Positions 47,872 through 61,768 of a DNA stretch of 64,000 nt are shown here, piece by piece. The notes below the pieces were generated by a model, which ran no database searches, was not told the DNA's origin, and saw only the letters and a program-made list of their open reading frames with translations. Within the stretch, counting starts at the first letter, position 1; each line of letters starts with the position of its first letter. The stretch is from Ptychomitrium polyphyllum. Lineage: Eukaryota. Where the stretch lies: contig OZ316775.1 of the NCBI GenBank assembly GCA_973851085.1, positions 12,710,001 through 12,774,000 of the forward strand, written 5' to 3'. The translations under genes were made by a program, and so were the position numbers.

Positions 47872-49527
47872 GGTATCCCATGAGGGAGAGGAGGCCAGTT
47901 GGTGAATGGTGGAAGAACCACATCTTTCCAAAAGTGAGTGCAGAACATGCCAATGTTGCCCTCCTTGTCGATCCTTTAACTATGTGTGATGCCTTGAAGT
48001 CCACGGATGCAATGAACTGGGAGAAGGCCATGGAAGAGGAGTACAAGTCGCTGATGGACAATGGCACATGGCACTTGACTCAACTTCCTCCAAATCGTTC
48101 TTGCATAGGTTGCAAGTGGGTGTTTAGAACCAAGAGGGATGCTTCGGGTGCAATTGTGAGGCACAAGGCAAGGCTAGTTGCCAAAGGATACTCACAAGTT
48201 GCTGGTGTGGACTTCAATGAGACCTTTGCACCTGTGGCCAAGTTCACCACCATTAGGACCATCTTGGCCATAGCTGCGGCAATGGACTTGGAGGTGCACC
48301 AGATGGATGTGAAGACGGCCTTTCTAAATGGAGAGTTGGAAGAAGACATCTACATGGAGCAACCTCCAGGGTTTGTACATGAAGGCTTGGAACACCTTGT
48401 TTGCAAGTTGAAGAAGGCCTTGTACGGGCTTAAGCAATCGCCAAGGGCATGGTACCAACGCATTGATGCATTCTTTAGGAAGGAAGGGTTTGTGAGAAGT
48501 GAGGCGGATCATTCCTTGTATGTGATGCAGACCATGGAATTCTTGTTGATTGTGATTCTCTATGTGGATGACTTGATCATGTTGGCCAACCTTTCGGAGA
48601 AGCTAGAGTGGTTGAAGGCCAAATTAGAGCAGGAGTTTGAGATGAGTGATTTGGGCGAGTTACACTATTGTCTTGGAGTGGAATTTGTGAGGGATCTTGC
48701 AAAGAGGACCATCACCATGAGCCAGAAGAAGAACATCGAAGAGGTGTTGAAGCGATTCAACATGGAAGACTGCAAGCCAGTGGGAACGCCTTTGGCAAAC
48801 TTGAGGTTGATGAAGCTAAGTGATGAGGAGTATGCTCAAGTGGAGGGCGAAATGCAAGGCGTTCCATACAAGGGCGGAGTGGGGTGCCTCATGTATGCCA
48901 TGGTGGGCACAAGGTTTGATCTTGCGTTTTCGGTGAGTGTTGTGAGCCAACACATGTCCAAGGCCGGCCCCATGCACTGGACAACCATCAAGAAGATCAT
49001 GAGGTACTTGAAGGGCACCTTGGACTTTGTGTTGTGTCTGGGAGGTGATAACATTGAGTTGCAGGGATTTTGCGACGCGGATTAGGCTGGAGAGGCAAAT
49101 GATAGGCGCTCCACAACGGGGTATGTGTTCTTTGTTGGAATGGGAGCCATCTCTTGGAACTGCAAGAGGCAACCTGCAATTGCAAGGTCAACCATGGAGG
49201 CGGAGTACATGGCGGCAAGTCATGGTGCAATGGAAGCAATGTGGCTGAGGCAACTCTTGGAGGACATTGGACTTGTACAAGTGGGTGCAACGCCCATCAT
49301 ATGTGACAATCAAGGATGTCTTGCCTTTCCCAAGGATCCCAAGTATCACTTACGAACAAAGCACATCAACATTCAGCATCACTTCATAAGAGAGAAGATT
49401 GAAGATGGAGTGATAGGTATGAGGTATTGTGCAGTAGAAGGCATGCTTGCTAAATTGTTGACAGAAGCATTGGTAAATAGATAGGCACCAATTGTTGACA
49501 AGGTCAATTGGATTAAAGGTCGTTTGA
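47872..49527 (+). pseudogene. Copy F: RT-RNase H in + orientation with nonsense codons (e.g. 49083-49085)
   Basis: ORFs 47880-49085 and 49125-49484; YVDD present. Confidence 0.92.
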
Positions 49528-49545
49528 CCAATAGCAAAGTATGAG

Positions 49546-49889
49546 TGTTGTAAAGGGTGAAATATATGAAGTCATCCTAGTTGAAGTTTCCTTGTGTTGG
49601 ACTCGAGCTTGATAGGTTGTTAATGGTCAAAGGGATGTTAGGAAGGAGGTTATAGAAGATATGGAGACTAGGGTTAAGAAAAGGCAACAAGGATTTTGTA
49701 TGGCGGCTAGGATTAGGCCGGCCGGTTGGAGGCAAATGCATGGCTACCAAATGGCACACTTTGGTGGATGACTCCTAAGTATAAATAAAGGGGTTTTGGA
49801 AGTGGGAGACATCTTGCTCCACACATCTCTTTTTGCAACTTTGCTCTCTTTTCTTGCTTGTTGTATTATTTTGTTGCATTTCTTCAATA
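49546..49889 (+). repeat. LTR L15 (344 bp), diverged 3' LTR of F and outer boundary of the array
   Basis: TGTTG...CAATA; many substitutions; lacks most of the TTAGGG/GCC block; right flank TTACT. Confidence 0.9.
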
Positions 49890-50186
49890 TTACTAAGTCG
49901 CTTATTGATATTCCAAGTATTTCCAATCCTACTTTATCTACCTGTTCTTGTCTCCTACCGATAATTATTAATCTTGTAATACCAAATTCTTCTGCTCTTG
50001 CTGACACCGTTCTTTCGAAAAAAATTATAAGACAACAATTTCTTCTTCTTCTTATCAATGCTACTACTTTTCCCCCTTCTCCTCTCAACTCTGTTCCTCC
50101 TTTTGCGCGCCAAATACATTACCAACTTCAACTTCCAGAGATGTCCAAATAATTAATTTTTCAATTTCTAAGGGTAAACTTAGTTT

Positions 50187-50352
50187 AGAAGGGGGATAAT
50201 GTAACCGGCCTACCGGATATTATACTTGGTACTATCAAATTTCTTCTATCAATCTCTCCCTATTGGTACTACTAAACATCCACTAGCAGTAACTACCAGA
50301 CATCCTCCAATGATAACTACCAGATGATAATATTAGTTTGTTAGTTCTGACA
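50187..50352 (+). mobile_element. Possible relic 3' end (PPT plus short LTR) of an unrelated old LTR element
   Basis: AGAAGGGGGATAA is followed by TGTAAC...CTGACA. There is no second LTR to confirm it. Confidence 0.3.
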
Positions 50353-51951
50353 ACGGATATAGATCCATTATTATAGAATCTAGAAAATAGTATTTGAACC
50401 CCCAACCAGGAAAGCTAACGGTGTGTTGAATTTTGTTATTTATTTTCATTAAAGAAAGTTAAAAGGCATTTCCATAATTTAGTTTGTAGAACTACCATTT
50501 CTCTTCTATTCAATAGTTATCAACTATAGACTTGTCTAAACTAGGAATATTTCCTTGTATGAAGATAAATGAAAGGTACAACGAAGAAAAAGAAAGGTAC
50601 AAGGAAGAAAATGCAGCAGATCTTGTATGATGAGGAAGGATGTTGGGCTGCATGTCGAGCGTTTTAAGAGTACAATTGAGTATATGCCCGGAAGCTACAA
50701 TAAGTGTCCACATTATCTTCCTCGTCACGGTGCAGCCAATATAACCTTTCCTGCAAGTCGACGACCAAAGTGAACATGTCTGATGTTCACATCACAAGGC
50801 AACCGACTGCCAAACTATCAGTTCAAGTCCACTTGTAAGTGTCAAGAAGAAATCAGATCCTTGACTCGCCATTCGAAGGGATATGACTTACTTGGAAATA
50901 CAGCATCTTTACTAAAAAAATTAATTAAGATTCCCACTGCTACAATAGCAGATGAACGTGTGTCATTAATTCTGTAGCAGAATACTAAAAAATTAGTTCT
51001 GAATCAAATGGAAGATGTAAGAAAAATGAAATGCGGCTGTTGAACTCGGTTAATCAAACGTAATTAAGTTAAAACACCGCATGTGAACAAATCGGTACGA
51101 TGAGTCATTATGCTCAGTTCAATAGAATATAGTACAACAAACTCAACATCAAGAGCTCCGCAGTAGGTACTCAGACAAATCTGAGATCATCCATGAAACT
51201 GAAATATAAGAAACCACTTTTACACGATGTTCTGTTAAACTGCCAGTTTGACAGTGGTTGACGAAAACAAGCAACCAATCTTGCCAGTTGTCAACCCTGG
51301 GTGGTCAACATATGTACAAGGATCCGTGTAAGGGAAGAAACTAGCTCGCAACCCAAACAGCTTCTCTAGAATCTCCGTATTTATACAGTGACCAACCAGC
51401 CTAAGAGAAACCTCATCCACTATTTGCATACACGTGGTGCAACACCACCTCTGACCAGATCGAGCTCCAAGAGAATACTATGGAAGACATCGACGTACTA
51501 CGATCAGGTAATTTCTGAGTAGCACAAATCTAAGCACTACAAGAGCAGGCAACTCTAAACACGACAAGGCAGATATTCTAGCTGAAAAATTCATCAAATT
51601 CTACTTTGCTGCGAGTTACATCTTAAACTATAATCGTGACCGCAGATCTATAGACAAAGATACCTGTGTACACAACGTCTTTATAAAACCCCTTCGCAAC
51701 TCATGTGATGAAGAGAGAAACATCGTTTACCTCACTTGGTAATTTGACATGAGGTAGGAGGATCAACTCAGGCAGAAAGTGCAATCAAAAGCTGTTTATC
51801 TGTTGATAAAACGAGGCTCTACCTCTGCCAACAAGTAGAGCTTCAAACATCAGACAGATTATGAGTTGATTGGCCAACACAAGATAGCAGCACCGCTGGA
51901 GATAATTACTTCTGGATTGTCAGTTGTCCCAGACGAACGAACCACCTTCAA

Positions 51952-54900
51952 TCATAGAAGGTTATTAACAGTAGCTGTTACCGAATTTGTTCGCTGCAAG
52001 TCCTGCATTTCAAAACCAAAATGAGATCCGGTCCGACGTGATAACGTTTTACTCGGCTTGAAAAGTTTAGAACTAGAGACTCACAGATCCAATCAAGACG
52101 AAGATTGATCAGAGCTTGCATGCAATATACCTGTGCAACAAGTTCATCTGAGACGTGTGGAAGAACCTCACGGACCATAGCAACCATTGCTGTAATCCTT
52201 GTATCCGCTCTAGTACCCAACCCAGTCGAGGCATTATTGCGCAAACGGATGGCACCAATTGGATCATGTCTGTTGCGCCTGCTCGGCTGTATACTACTCT
52301 CCCCTCCAAATGGCCACCAATTCCAACTGCCCTCCTCCACAAGGCTATGTCCTGACCCTGACCCTGACCCTGACAACTGTCTCATCATTAAATGCAAGCG
52401 ACCTAGCCCACCCCCTGCATTCTGAGTATCCGTTGACCCGTTTGCTTCGTCAATCGCTGCTACTACCCCAACTGGACCTACATCTTCAGGTGTGCCCCTG
52501 TAACCACAATATTCACACTAATCAAACCATGCGCATAAAGCACAAATATCCTCAAACGCATCACTCAGTAAACATCTGCAAAAGCTAATCTAAAGGGATC
52601 AAATCTGATGAATCATGAATGAGTTAAAATAAGAAGTCTCAATACGAAGGACACTGCTGTTCTTGAACAGACATCATGAACCAAAGTCAAGCATCATTTA
52701 GGCAAGAACAGGGAGGTCACTCACGTCCACGTGCTGGTGACTGGAGCATTCCAATGTGGTGCAGGCGCAGGAGCCAAGTTGGTAAGAGACGGAGATGGCA
52801 CTGGTGCCGAATCTTGTCGTTGTGGAACCTGTGCCTGGGTTTCATTTGCACCCGGGGATGTAGTGGGCACGTCCACCAGGCGCTGCAGATTATGCGTTGC
52901 AGTTCGTGAACCACCCATAAAGAGAGGTCTACGACAGGTAGGACAAGAATATGTATCTGCTAATCCTTGATCTAGCCTGCAGCATCCAATTCATTTTCAC
53001 AATGAGATAACTTCTCCAGTTCACAGCATGCATCCTCAATGACCTAGTCTATAGTACGTGTAACAAGCATGAAGATCCCTCACACACAGAAACACCTCAT
53101 CATCGCCATCCACGCGAATTCCTACTTACTGGTACCCTGCTTTCAATAAATTAAAAAAGAAGCTATCTACAAGGACTCGAAATACATGAACTTATTTCTA
53201 TAGAAGGGTGATCACCAGAATTGTAATACTATACTTGCAACAATGACCAGATATACAGGTTGTGCTACACGTTTTCAAAATATTCAACAGATTGACTTGA
53301 GAAGAGCAACATACCAGGATCTCAAGCATGCAAGATGGAAGAGATGAGCACAAGGAAGCCTTTTTGCCCTAGCCATGGGCTCCTGCAAATTCCAAAGAGC
53401 CAATATCTTGTTCAAACAAACCAAATCATACAAACAATACAAAAAAGTTGCACTTTGATTTCAAAAATATCAGCACTCTGTAACTTGCATATCTCAGGCA
53501 GGTGTATGATTAACCTTGCAAATCGCACAATCGTCTTCGTATGCAAGAAGTTCATCCTGTGTTGCATCAGGAAGTGCGCCCTGCAAGGTAGTCATAGCTG
53601 TGCGAAGACGCATGAAACCTTTTATTCTCTTTGAAATAGCACTTAGTAACGCCTGCCAGTTACAAGATGAAATGAGTAAAGTGTTACCATATCAAAAGCA
53701 CTACAACAATGTATTGCAATAGTCTAATATAAGTGGTTTATTCTGTTCAATAAATAACAGTACACTAAGAAGTCCAACAATCACATTTCGCTCCAAAAAT
53801 TACACCAAGCTGCATAATCTAAATTTGAACTGGAGAGGATCAGAATATCACATTAAATGATCTGAGCAACAAGTCAAACGCACAGGACCTAACAATAACA
53901 CATCATCTGCCAGATTCCAGTATATTAATGGAGCAGCCTACCCGCAGATTGAGGAAAAGAATGGCATCAACTACTTGGAAAGCAAGACCTCGCAGCCACC
54001 AGATGTGTACGCAATGGCCCAAAGCCAGCAACAAGCTCACAATATCCATCACAAAACTACAATTTCGTACAACAGTTCCACGCCACTCCCAAGCAGCACC
54101 TACATAAGCCATATGCATATCCAATCACATCTTTGAGTAAACTACGTGTTTTGACATTATCAATATTTAAGAAAAGAATAAAATAAATTGTGCTACTTCT
54201 TCATATTCAAATTTTTTTGGTTTCAAAGATCAACTGAATAGCTACTTGAAGCTTGAACTTAGTCGTATTGCACAAGACATTTATCCAAACCTAAGATACT
54301 GAGAATCTCAACACACCTGCAGCAGACCTCTCAGAAGGCTGCAGACTTGTATCGTGAGCAGAAATATCAAGATTCTGCCGTTGCCAGGTGTCCAATAGCT
54401 GCATACCGTGAACAATTACTGCCTGCCAGAGAATACGCAAGTAAACAAGGAATTGGTAATCACCTAACCCAAAACCTGGCAGCAATTCTCAGTTTCTTCG
54501 ATAACGGAAACATGCATGCAGAAGGACAACCAGCAGTTGTTCCAAAAGTGATGATAATTTCACCTGAAGAGTATCAAATGCTATACTCAGAGGCTCAAAC
54601 AAAAGTAGCAAGAAGGTGCTTGTCCCAGTGTCTTTGAATAAAAGCATACACAGCTGCATCCTATACCACCAACAAAACCAAGTGTAACATATGTTAATTT
54701 AGAATACTTTGATATTGAAATAGGTCCAATTAAATCCACATGCTCATTTGGAAAACTGAGAAACCATCAAAACGGGGAAAGGCATTGCAGCACCACAAGC
54801 TGCATGTTTATTAGTGTCTGCCATAATTGAAAATAACTAATACTGATGTATGAACATTAATGTATGTGTCTAGCATGCTTTTCAAGGTACACTAGTTGAA

Positions 54901-56054
54901 ACTGTAGAAGGAAATCAACTAACCAGAGTAAGTCGAACAGAAGAACAAACAGTAGAACCGTATAAACTCTGAGATGAGATAACATTGTTGCAGAAGGAGA
55001 TGCATTCAAGCGCTCCAAACGATCCCTTGCCAAACCTTGAAACATCTGTGTACAACACAACTCATTTCTGCTAATTATTATCTAAGGTGCAGTGTAGAAC
55101 TTGCAAAAATATCAATATAGCTGGTTATGTGACAGGACGTACAATGAAAGAATTAAATCAAGGGCGAAAGCCCAGTCTAATGTCTCAAATCACTTGTGAA
55201 CAACCACCTTAAGAAAGCCCAAGACAGAAAACCATGCCAACCAGACAGCTATCTGCATCATTTCCGGTCTCACAACCCATGTCAAGAATAGACCCTGTCA
55301 TCACCCCCAAGCAACAAACACATCAGGAGTTATTTCCCAACTGCGGTAAAAAAAGCAGTTTCCAACGTCGCAAAGTAAAGGAAATATATCAATTTTTCGA
55401 TCAAACATCCCTTTGTGAAATTACTCTGCCCAGATAAACCAAACATTTTTCACCAAAAGAAAACAAAAATATAAGACATTCTTTTTAAAAGGTCACCTTG
55501 AATAATACATAATTGATGAGCCGCTCCACCACCTTCTGTGTCTCAAGTAGAGACAACTGACCAAAGAAAACGGTCTGTACATGCATGCCAACTTTGCTTC
55601 CGTTAGAACTTCCCGGTTGAGATTATCAGAAGAACGTAAACTGCGCCTTGACAACCCTCTACATCTAGAACAATGCAACTACTAAACAGCTTCCGTTCCC
55701 ATGATTGCAGTGGGATTCATGTGAGAACTGAACTCATCATTTTCAGACTTGCTAAGCACGCCTTCCAAAGAGAAACAAAACAGCTAAAAACGAACTTGAA
55801 AGGAAAATAGGCTGGAAGTGGACCTTCACTGAAAGCGTAATCAGAAGAAAAAAGTTGACCATAAGGTTCACAAGTAAAGCCACCACTACGGATGATTGAA
55901 GAAGAGCCTGCAGTGTACGAGCAGCTTCGGAAGGATCGAGACCTTGCTGATCTTTGTCATACGTGCTCCGCCATGCTGAATTGAGTTTCCAGGCGATCCC
56001 GCCTACACTTAGAGCGGTGTACAATGCCACCACTGGCCCGTACCCAAACCCCAT
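51952..56054 (-). CDS. RIN2: RIN2/RIN3-like (gp78/AMFR-Hrd1 family) membrane RING-H2 + CUE E3 ubiquitin ligase, ~12 coding exons
   Basis: GT-AG exons, e.g. 55824-56054, 55497-55574 (TVFFGQLSLLETQKVVERLINYVLFK), ~55208-55294; RING CAICK/EPM..LPCAHLFHLACLRSW/LDQG..SCPTCR; CUE MVREVLPHVSDELVAQ/DLQRTNSVTATVNNLL; stop at 51952-51954. Confidence 0.9.
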
Positions 56055-57309
56055 CGTACTCGACTAAAGTGTCTGAAAACTGTAGATAGGAGATTCAAGA
56101 CTAATGGGAAATGTTATAACCACAGCCTTGGACAAAAGCAGAGATTTGGATAGCTTCAGATGAGGCGAATCCTACCGGACAACGCGAAACCTACAACATC
56201 TAGGCTGGAATTTGTTCTCCAGAGACAAATTGTAAAGGAGTGCAATATTGAAGAGACGATGATTCAATACGTTGGCAATCGCTGCTAATGTACAAGTTTG
56301 CGGAGCAGAAAGATATTTAGTAAGCTGGTGGAATTTACAAGCGATGAGGTAGTCAAGCCTGGTATTAAAATTGAATCTATCACATCAGAGGAAAGGAAAG
56401 CGTGATAGATGTCAAGTGTATTCCAGATCCGGTAGAATCAGTGTCATGCGAAAAGGCTGACATTGAAGAATTCTCCACAGGTTTGCACTGTGAACCTTCC
56501 ACCCGCTTTTAGGAGCCGTTTGGAATCAAGACAACACGTGCTGCGTCACGAACTGCACAGACTCCATCAGACATAAAGAACAAACTGAGTACCTGTGATT
56601 ACCACAGAAAGTGAAACATGTATCACATTGGAACTAGATACTTCTTCGAAATATAATTCCTGTTTGGTAACATTGAGCAAGAAACACCTCCCCGGAGTTA
56701 CATGACAGTGTGATGAGAACGTAATGCACGTCCTCAACAAAGTCACTACACAAGCCTAGAGAAACTAATGGAATCTAAGGACTACACTTGGCTTCCCTGC
56801 TTCCAGAAAAAAAGACTGTAATTCTTAGAAACCCAACAGATCCTCAAACTCACCAAACCCACCAACTTGATCTCAAACCATCAACCACTTCTTCCAGCTG
56901 ATCATAAATTCGAGCTCACAGAAGTAAAGAGATGAACGAAGTATTCTTCAAAGAAAGAGAACTTCAAAGTAGGTGTTGATGACAATAACCATAGCAGGCT
57001 CCTACGAAAATGCCTTCACGAACACATCAGGGATTGACAAGACATAAGACCCCAACCGCCCCAGTTTGGTGCAACGTTGATGGTCCTACAACTAGTGCTC
57101 GGAAGTGGTTACGAATTATCCGGCTCTAACACTAAATTCAAGGGCAATCTGGAGAAAACGATCGCTCAACATGTCAAGAAAAGTGCAGGAAAGGGAAGAG
57201 AGCGGTAGACAGGAGGAAGGCGCAAGAGAGTACATACATACGCAAGGATCAAAGCGAGGAGAGATGGCGTGCCAAGCCATGGGACGGCCGGGAAGCTGTG
57301 GCCAGGCAG

Positions 57310-57505
57310 AAACCCTAACACAGATGAGAACGGAGCAGAGAGGGAGAGAAGAGTTGGGGAGCGCAGCAGGGGAGAAGACACAGATCCAGAGGTGAGAGGC
57401 AGAACGAAAGGATAGATGAAAAGACCCAGGGCAGGCGACGAGAGGCCCAAGCGCCTGGGCCACCAAGCGGGGGGGGAGGGGGGTTTGCTATGGCAGAAAC
57501 CCTAA
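57310..57505. promoter_or_regulatory. Probable promoter/5' leader of the E3 ligase gene with telo-boxes AAACCCTAA (57310, 57497) and site II-like GGCCCA/TGGGCC motifs
   Basis: Motifs seen directly; leader is CT-rich on the - strand; TSS not determinable. Confidence 0.5.
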
Positions 57506-57587
57506 TACGAAGGTGCCAGACCCAGTCCTTGTTGAACTCAGCTGTGAGGACGATGATGGCCCTGCACTGGTACTGCCTTCCCTCATC

Positions 57588-57738
57588 CTCTCTCTCGCTT
57601 TCTCGCTTTCTCTCTTTCTCTCTTTCTCTCTTTCTCTCGTTCTCTCGTTCTCTCGTTCTCTCTTTCTCTCGTTCTCTCTTTCTCTTTCTCTCGTTCTCTC
57701 TTTCTCTTTCTCTCTTTCTCTCGTTCTCTCGTTCTCTC
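57588..57738. repeat. Compound (TC)n / TTCTCTCG microsatellite
   Basis: ~150 bp almost purely pyrimidine on +. Confidence 0.95.
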
Positions 57739-60375
57739 TAGCTCGAATGTTCCACATTTGTGTGCTTTCAGCCACTAAAGACCCACTCTACACTACTTGC
57801 TAAATCACTACTTGCGAACTTGGATGCCACTGTTCCATCGTCCCCGTCAGCCTGGTGCCTCCTGCTAAGCTAAGCCTTCGCTTTGGCCCCTACGCCGCTT
57901 CTGCGCTCATGGATGGGCCGCCCAGCCCCCGCCCCCGAACCCGACCTACCCCAGCCTTGCCCCCAGTACCGCACTCACTAATTTGGACATTTTCTTTCCT
58001 TTCCGTTTGCCCAATCTACTCCCTTCGTCTTGCCACTTGTGCTGCACTCGCTCCCCATCTTCACAGCCACAGCAATGCCGCCACCCAATCTCCAATGATT
58101 TTTAGGTTCTGCAACTGCCACCTCATCAATCAACTAAGTATTTCATTCATTTGTCCCCATTTGGCAAATCACACTTAATCCTTAACTGCGTGTGATTTTC
58201 CCACCATAAATTTGACCCCTCTCAAAAATTCACATAAAAGTTATAAAATATAGCACCTCTCAATCAAGTAACCTTATGACCTTGAAAAAGATTTATTGTT
58301 CATTTCCACAAATAAATTCATTCAAATCTAAGGATGTAATGCTAAAATACTAATATTTGATAAAAAAATTTAAAGAATGTTGTAGAAATATGCTATCCAA
58401 ATCTAAAGAATGAAGTTTGAAATACCATATCTTGCACCAAAAGTCTTCAAATAATCTAAATGTTATTAATAATGAATTACATGTAAATCTATAACATATA
58501 TAATATGTTTTAATTATAAAAAAAAACAAAGTGCAAGAAGATATGGTACTTAGATTAGAATTGGTGGTTTATATTTCTATCGAATTGAATATATAGCATT
58601 CCTTATGCCCACCAACAAAAATTGATCCAAATTCCTTTTAGAAACTTTATAAGAAAAATCTCAAGGAAGCTCCAATATATGGCTTTAGCATAGGATACAT
58701 TCCCAATTTTTTAAGAAAATGTAAGCCAACTTGAAGGAATCAATGAGAATATGATTATTGCATGAATGCAATATAGAATTAGCCATTAAAAGTAATGCTT
58801 TGGTTGCCAAAGGAAGGATGCCATGCTTTATGTTGTTCTTCCACAATACTCTTATTGTTTAAAGGCTATCCCATCATAGGACCTTTTCCTATTCCACTCT
58901 ATGTACATTGCATCCAACCTTTTTCTAATGCCCTTCTTACTATACCCCTCAACCTTCCATAGCTCATAATTTCTTTATCTAATTGCTTGAATTGTACTAA
59001 TTTGTTATACATTTTGTTCACCATTCTTTTCTAACACTTTGTTGCTTGTTGAATGGCATTATTTTGCCTCACTAGGGGCATATTGGCTCTTCTCCCTCCT
59101 TTTACTGCTATTATTTCATCACCTTCACCTATTGCTAATCTCATCCAATCTTTGCCAATTATTTTTATACTTCTCTCAACCTTCTTTAATACCTCTACTA
59201 CTACCAATCATGTCCAACTCTATTCTTATTCCTTATAATTGGTATTGTTTGCATTTGATTGTTGAGTTTTTCTTTTGTATTAGATTTTGTGGAATTGATT
59301 ATTTATTTTGTTGCAAATAATTTTATGGATTTAATTGCTTTGGTGTTTGCAAGCCTAAAATGGTGTTTGTTAAAGTTGTTTGTTTTGCTTGTTTTGGAAT
59401 TTTATTGATTCTTTTTTTTGGTATTTAATGATGATATTTAGATACTTCTAAGACCAAATTTTTATTTTTGTAATGAACATGCTACAATTCAATGCCTTTA
59501 GATCGTCTTTAGCACATCTTCTTTAATTTAAATTTGTATATTTAAAGCACAAAAATTATAATTACAAGATGTTGAAGATTTGACTTAAAAAAACCAAAGA
59601 AAATCAAAACCTTTAACCTCTAAGTAGCCTAGGTTCCTTCTCAAAGACAAATCTTATGAATTACCTGCAATTGTAACAGTTTGTACTAGAATGCGTCCAT
59701 GGAAGGCAAATGCAATTGTGAACCATTTTCATATACTGTATAAGTTACTTGATAACAAATCTGCTAGAAATCCGAAATTGCAATGAGTGATAGTGTGCAT
59801 GTAGTTTCTGTTTCAAAAGCAACTAATTTAGCACAAGTAAAAAAACATATACTGAGACAGGGGTAATCTTATACGTTCCAAAGAGATGTTTCAAACAACG
59901 TGAAGACACCAGGCCATAAGGGAGTTTGCGTGAAAATGTAAGAAGGGGCAAAATTGGCATGGAGGACAGCCGGGGAAGGAAGGCTGCAACCCAATGGCGA
60001 AGAGGGAACGTGGGCATTGCACTGCACTTTGGAGAACACCTACATATGGGCCTCCATGGCACTTGCGTTCAAGTCTTCCCAAGTTCCAGCTTGGTTGTCT
60101 GGCTGCCTTCTCTAGTTTTACTCTCTCAACCATACTTTACAATTTATACGCAATCACATAAGAATCACCAAGAGCTTCCACGGTGAAAAACTGTAACTAA
60201 AACCATCAGTAATTAAAAGTAGTACTTTGATACAATTCGCATTTCAAATTCTGAATGTGATTCTAAGCAAATATTGTTTTTCACATTCACATTCCACTAG
60301 TTAAAATAGTATACTGACAAATCCGATATTACAATTAAATGCAATTATATGTTTTCACAAGCAATACAAATGAAG

Positions 60376-60441
60376 ACTTTTGTATTCGATTCAGCTAACT
60401 TTTGTATTCGATTCAGCTAACTTTTGTATTCGATTCAGCTA
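60376..60441. repeat. 22-bp tandem repeat x3 (ACTTTTGTATTCGATTCAGCTA)
   Basis: Three exact copies. Confidence 0.95.
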
Positions 60442-61768
60442 TTAACCTACCTTTTTTTAAATGTAAAAATGTCGTGTTTAATTATCCATAGATGTATACT
60501 GCATTGCAAAGCTTTAATTTCAGATTGATGATCCTTTGCCTTCAATAAATAAGATTATCATTCTTCAATTTTACCCATTTTGCACTTCAAAGTGCTTGTA
60601 AAATGACCCAAATCCATTTCTTTCCAATTTCACATCTTGATTCGTGACCATTGGATGCATAAAATTGCAATATACATTACAATATCCATGCTTGTGGATA
60701 TTGTACTCGTCCTTTGACAAATCATAATTCTTCTTTGATAATTCATAATTCTTTCATATTGACTCTTCATGATTCTTTCATATTGACTCCAAAAATTATA
60801 AAATCACTTCGACTGAAGTTTATTTTCAAATGCTAAGACAAAAAGAATATTTTCATGAACCAATCATGATTCTCAATAGAAGAAACTCCTTACCATTTAT
60901 CTACCAAAGATTAAGCTACCTTCCCATTTCTTGATTCAGTTCTTTGACACTTTATCTTATTTCATCTCTTATGCGGATTGCTCAACCACTGCAAAAACAT
61001 CAAGTTCTCACTGACGTGTTCTCACGATGGGCTTCAGCAGTATGGTTTCGTTACACCACCAATCTCCAATGGATCATAACGAATAGTGACTCTTTAGGTC
61101 GCTGGAGAACGAGGTCCAAGAAAGCCCAAAACCAAGTGTGAACGACAAAAGTCATTTGTACACAATGTCTACAGACTGTACCCAGCCTCCATCGTTTTCC
61201 CAGGAAACATATTACACCTATGCATATTGACATCTCACCAAATGACAAGGGGTGGCTACCAAGCAACAATGCTCTGGGACACAGGACTTCGGAGTCGGCC
61301 ATGCAACATCTTGATCACTAGAAGTACTAGTAAATTGCATCTCGAACCTGATCAGTCGCCGTTCAATGATGAGGACGACAAAACTTACATACTAATTTAC
61401 ATTATTCAAAGACTTAAAAATTGAGCCACCCTTTATTCACATTACGTGATACGGCACAAGCGAAGATGCTGCAAACCAGGGCATCCATGGTTAATTGCAG
61501 ATGAAGTCAAAGAAAACAGTAGCACGATGACTGTGAATAATGAGTGGCAAAATGATCCGGGCCATAATTGCGAATTCAGGATCTGTCCTCCATCCTTATC
61601 CTCTTGTCCTTTGATTGGTAAAAGTACCTCTTCATCAAGAAACAGTTCCTGCTCTCTGGACAGCGTGCAAAAGGCCGCCTAAGGTCTCAACTCTGAAAAG
61701 AATAGGACTCAGCTCACCTACTGGGCATAATGTGGTTACAGTCTGATCATACCATCCTCAGTCCTAAT

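Larger units (their letters stand above)
1..49889. mobile_element. Nested/tandem array of Ty1/copia LTR retrotransposons (family A, plus one family B fragment); runs off the left window edge
   Basis: 15 copies of one LTR alternate with near-identical gag-pol segments in copia order PR-IN-RT-RH. Nearly all copies are on the - strand. Confidence 0.97.

Noticed and set aside
74..49290. Many recurring 60-240 aa ORFs antisense or off-frame to gag-pol (e.g. the 236-aa ORF opposite gag and the 114-aa LTR ORF)
   Set aside because: They recur only because the element is repeated, many use non-ATG starts, and none has a recognisable domain.
57488..57803. RE-rich and SL-rich ORFs
   Set aside because: Translations of the TC microsatellite.
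58200..61700. Short ORFs in the AT-rich intergenic/UTR region
   Set aside because: No recognisable motifs or consistent exon chain; could be UTR or decayed repeats.
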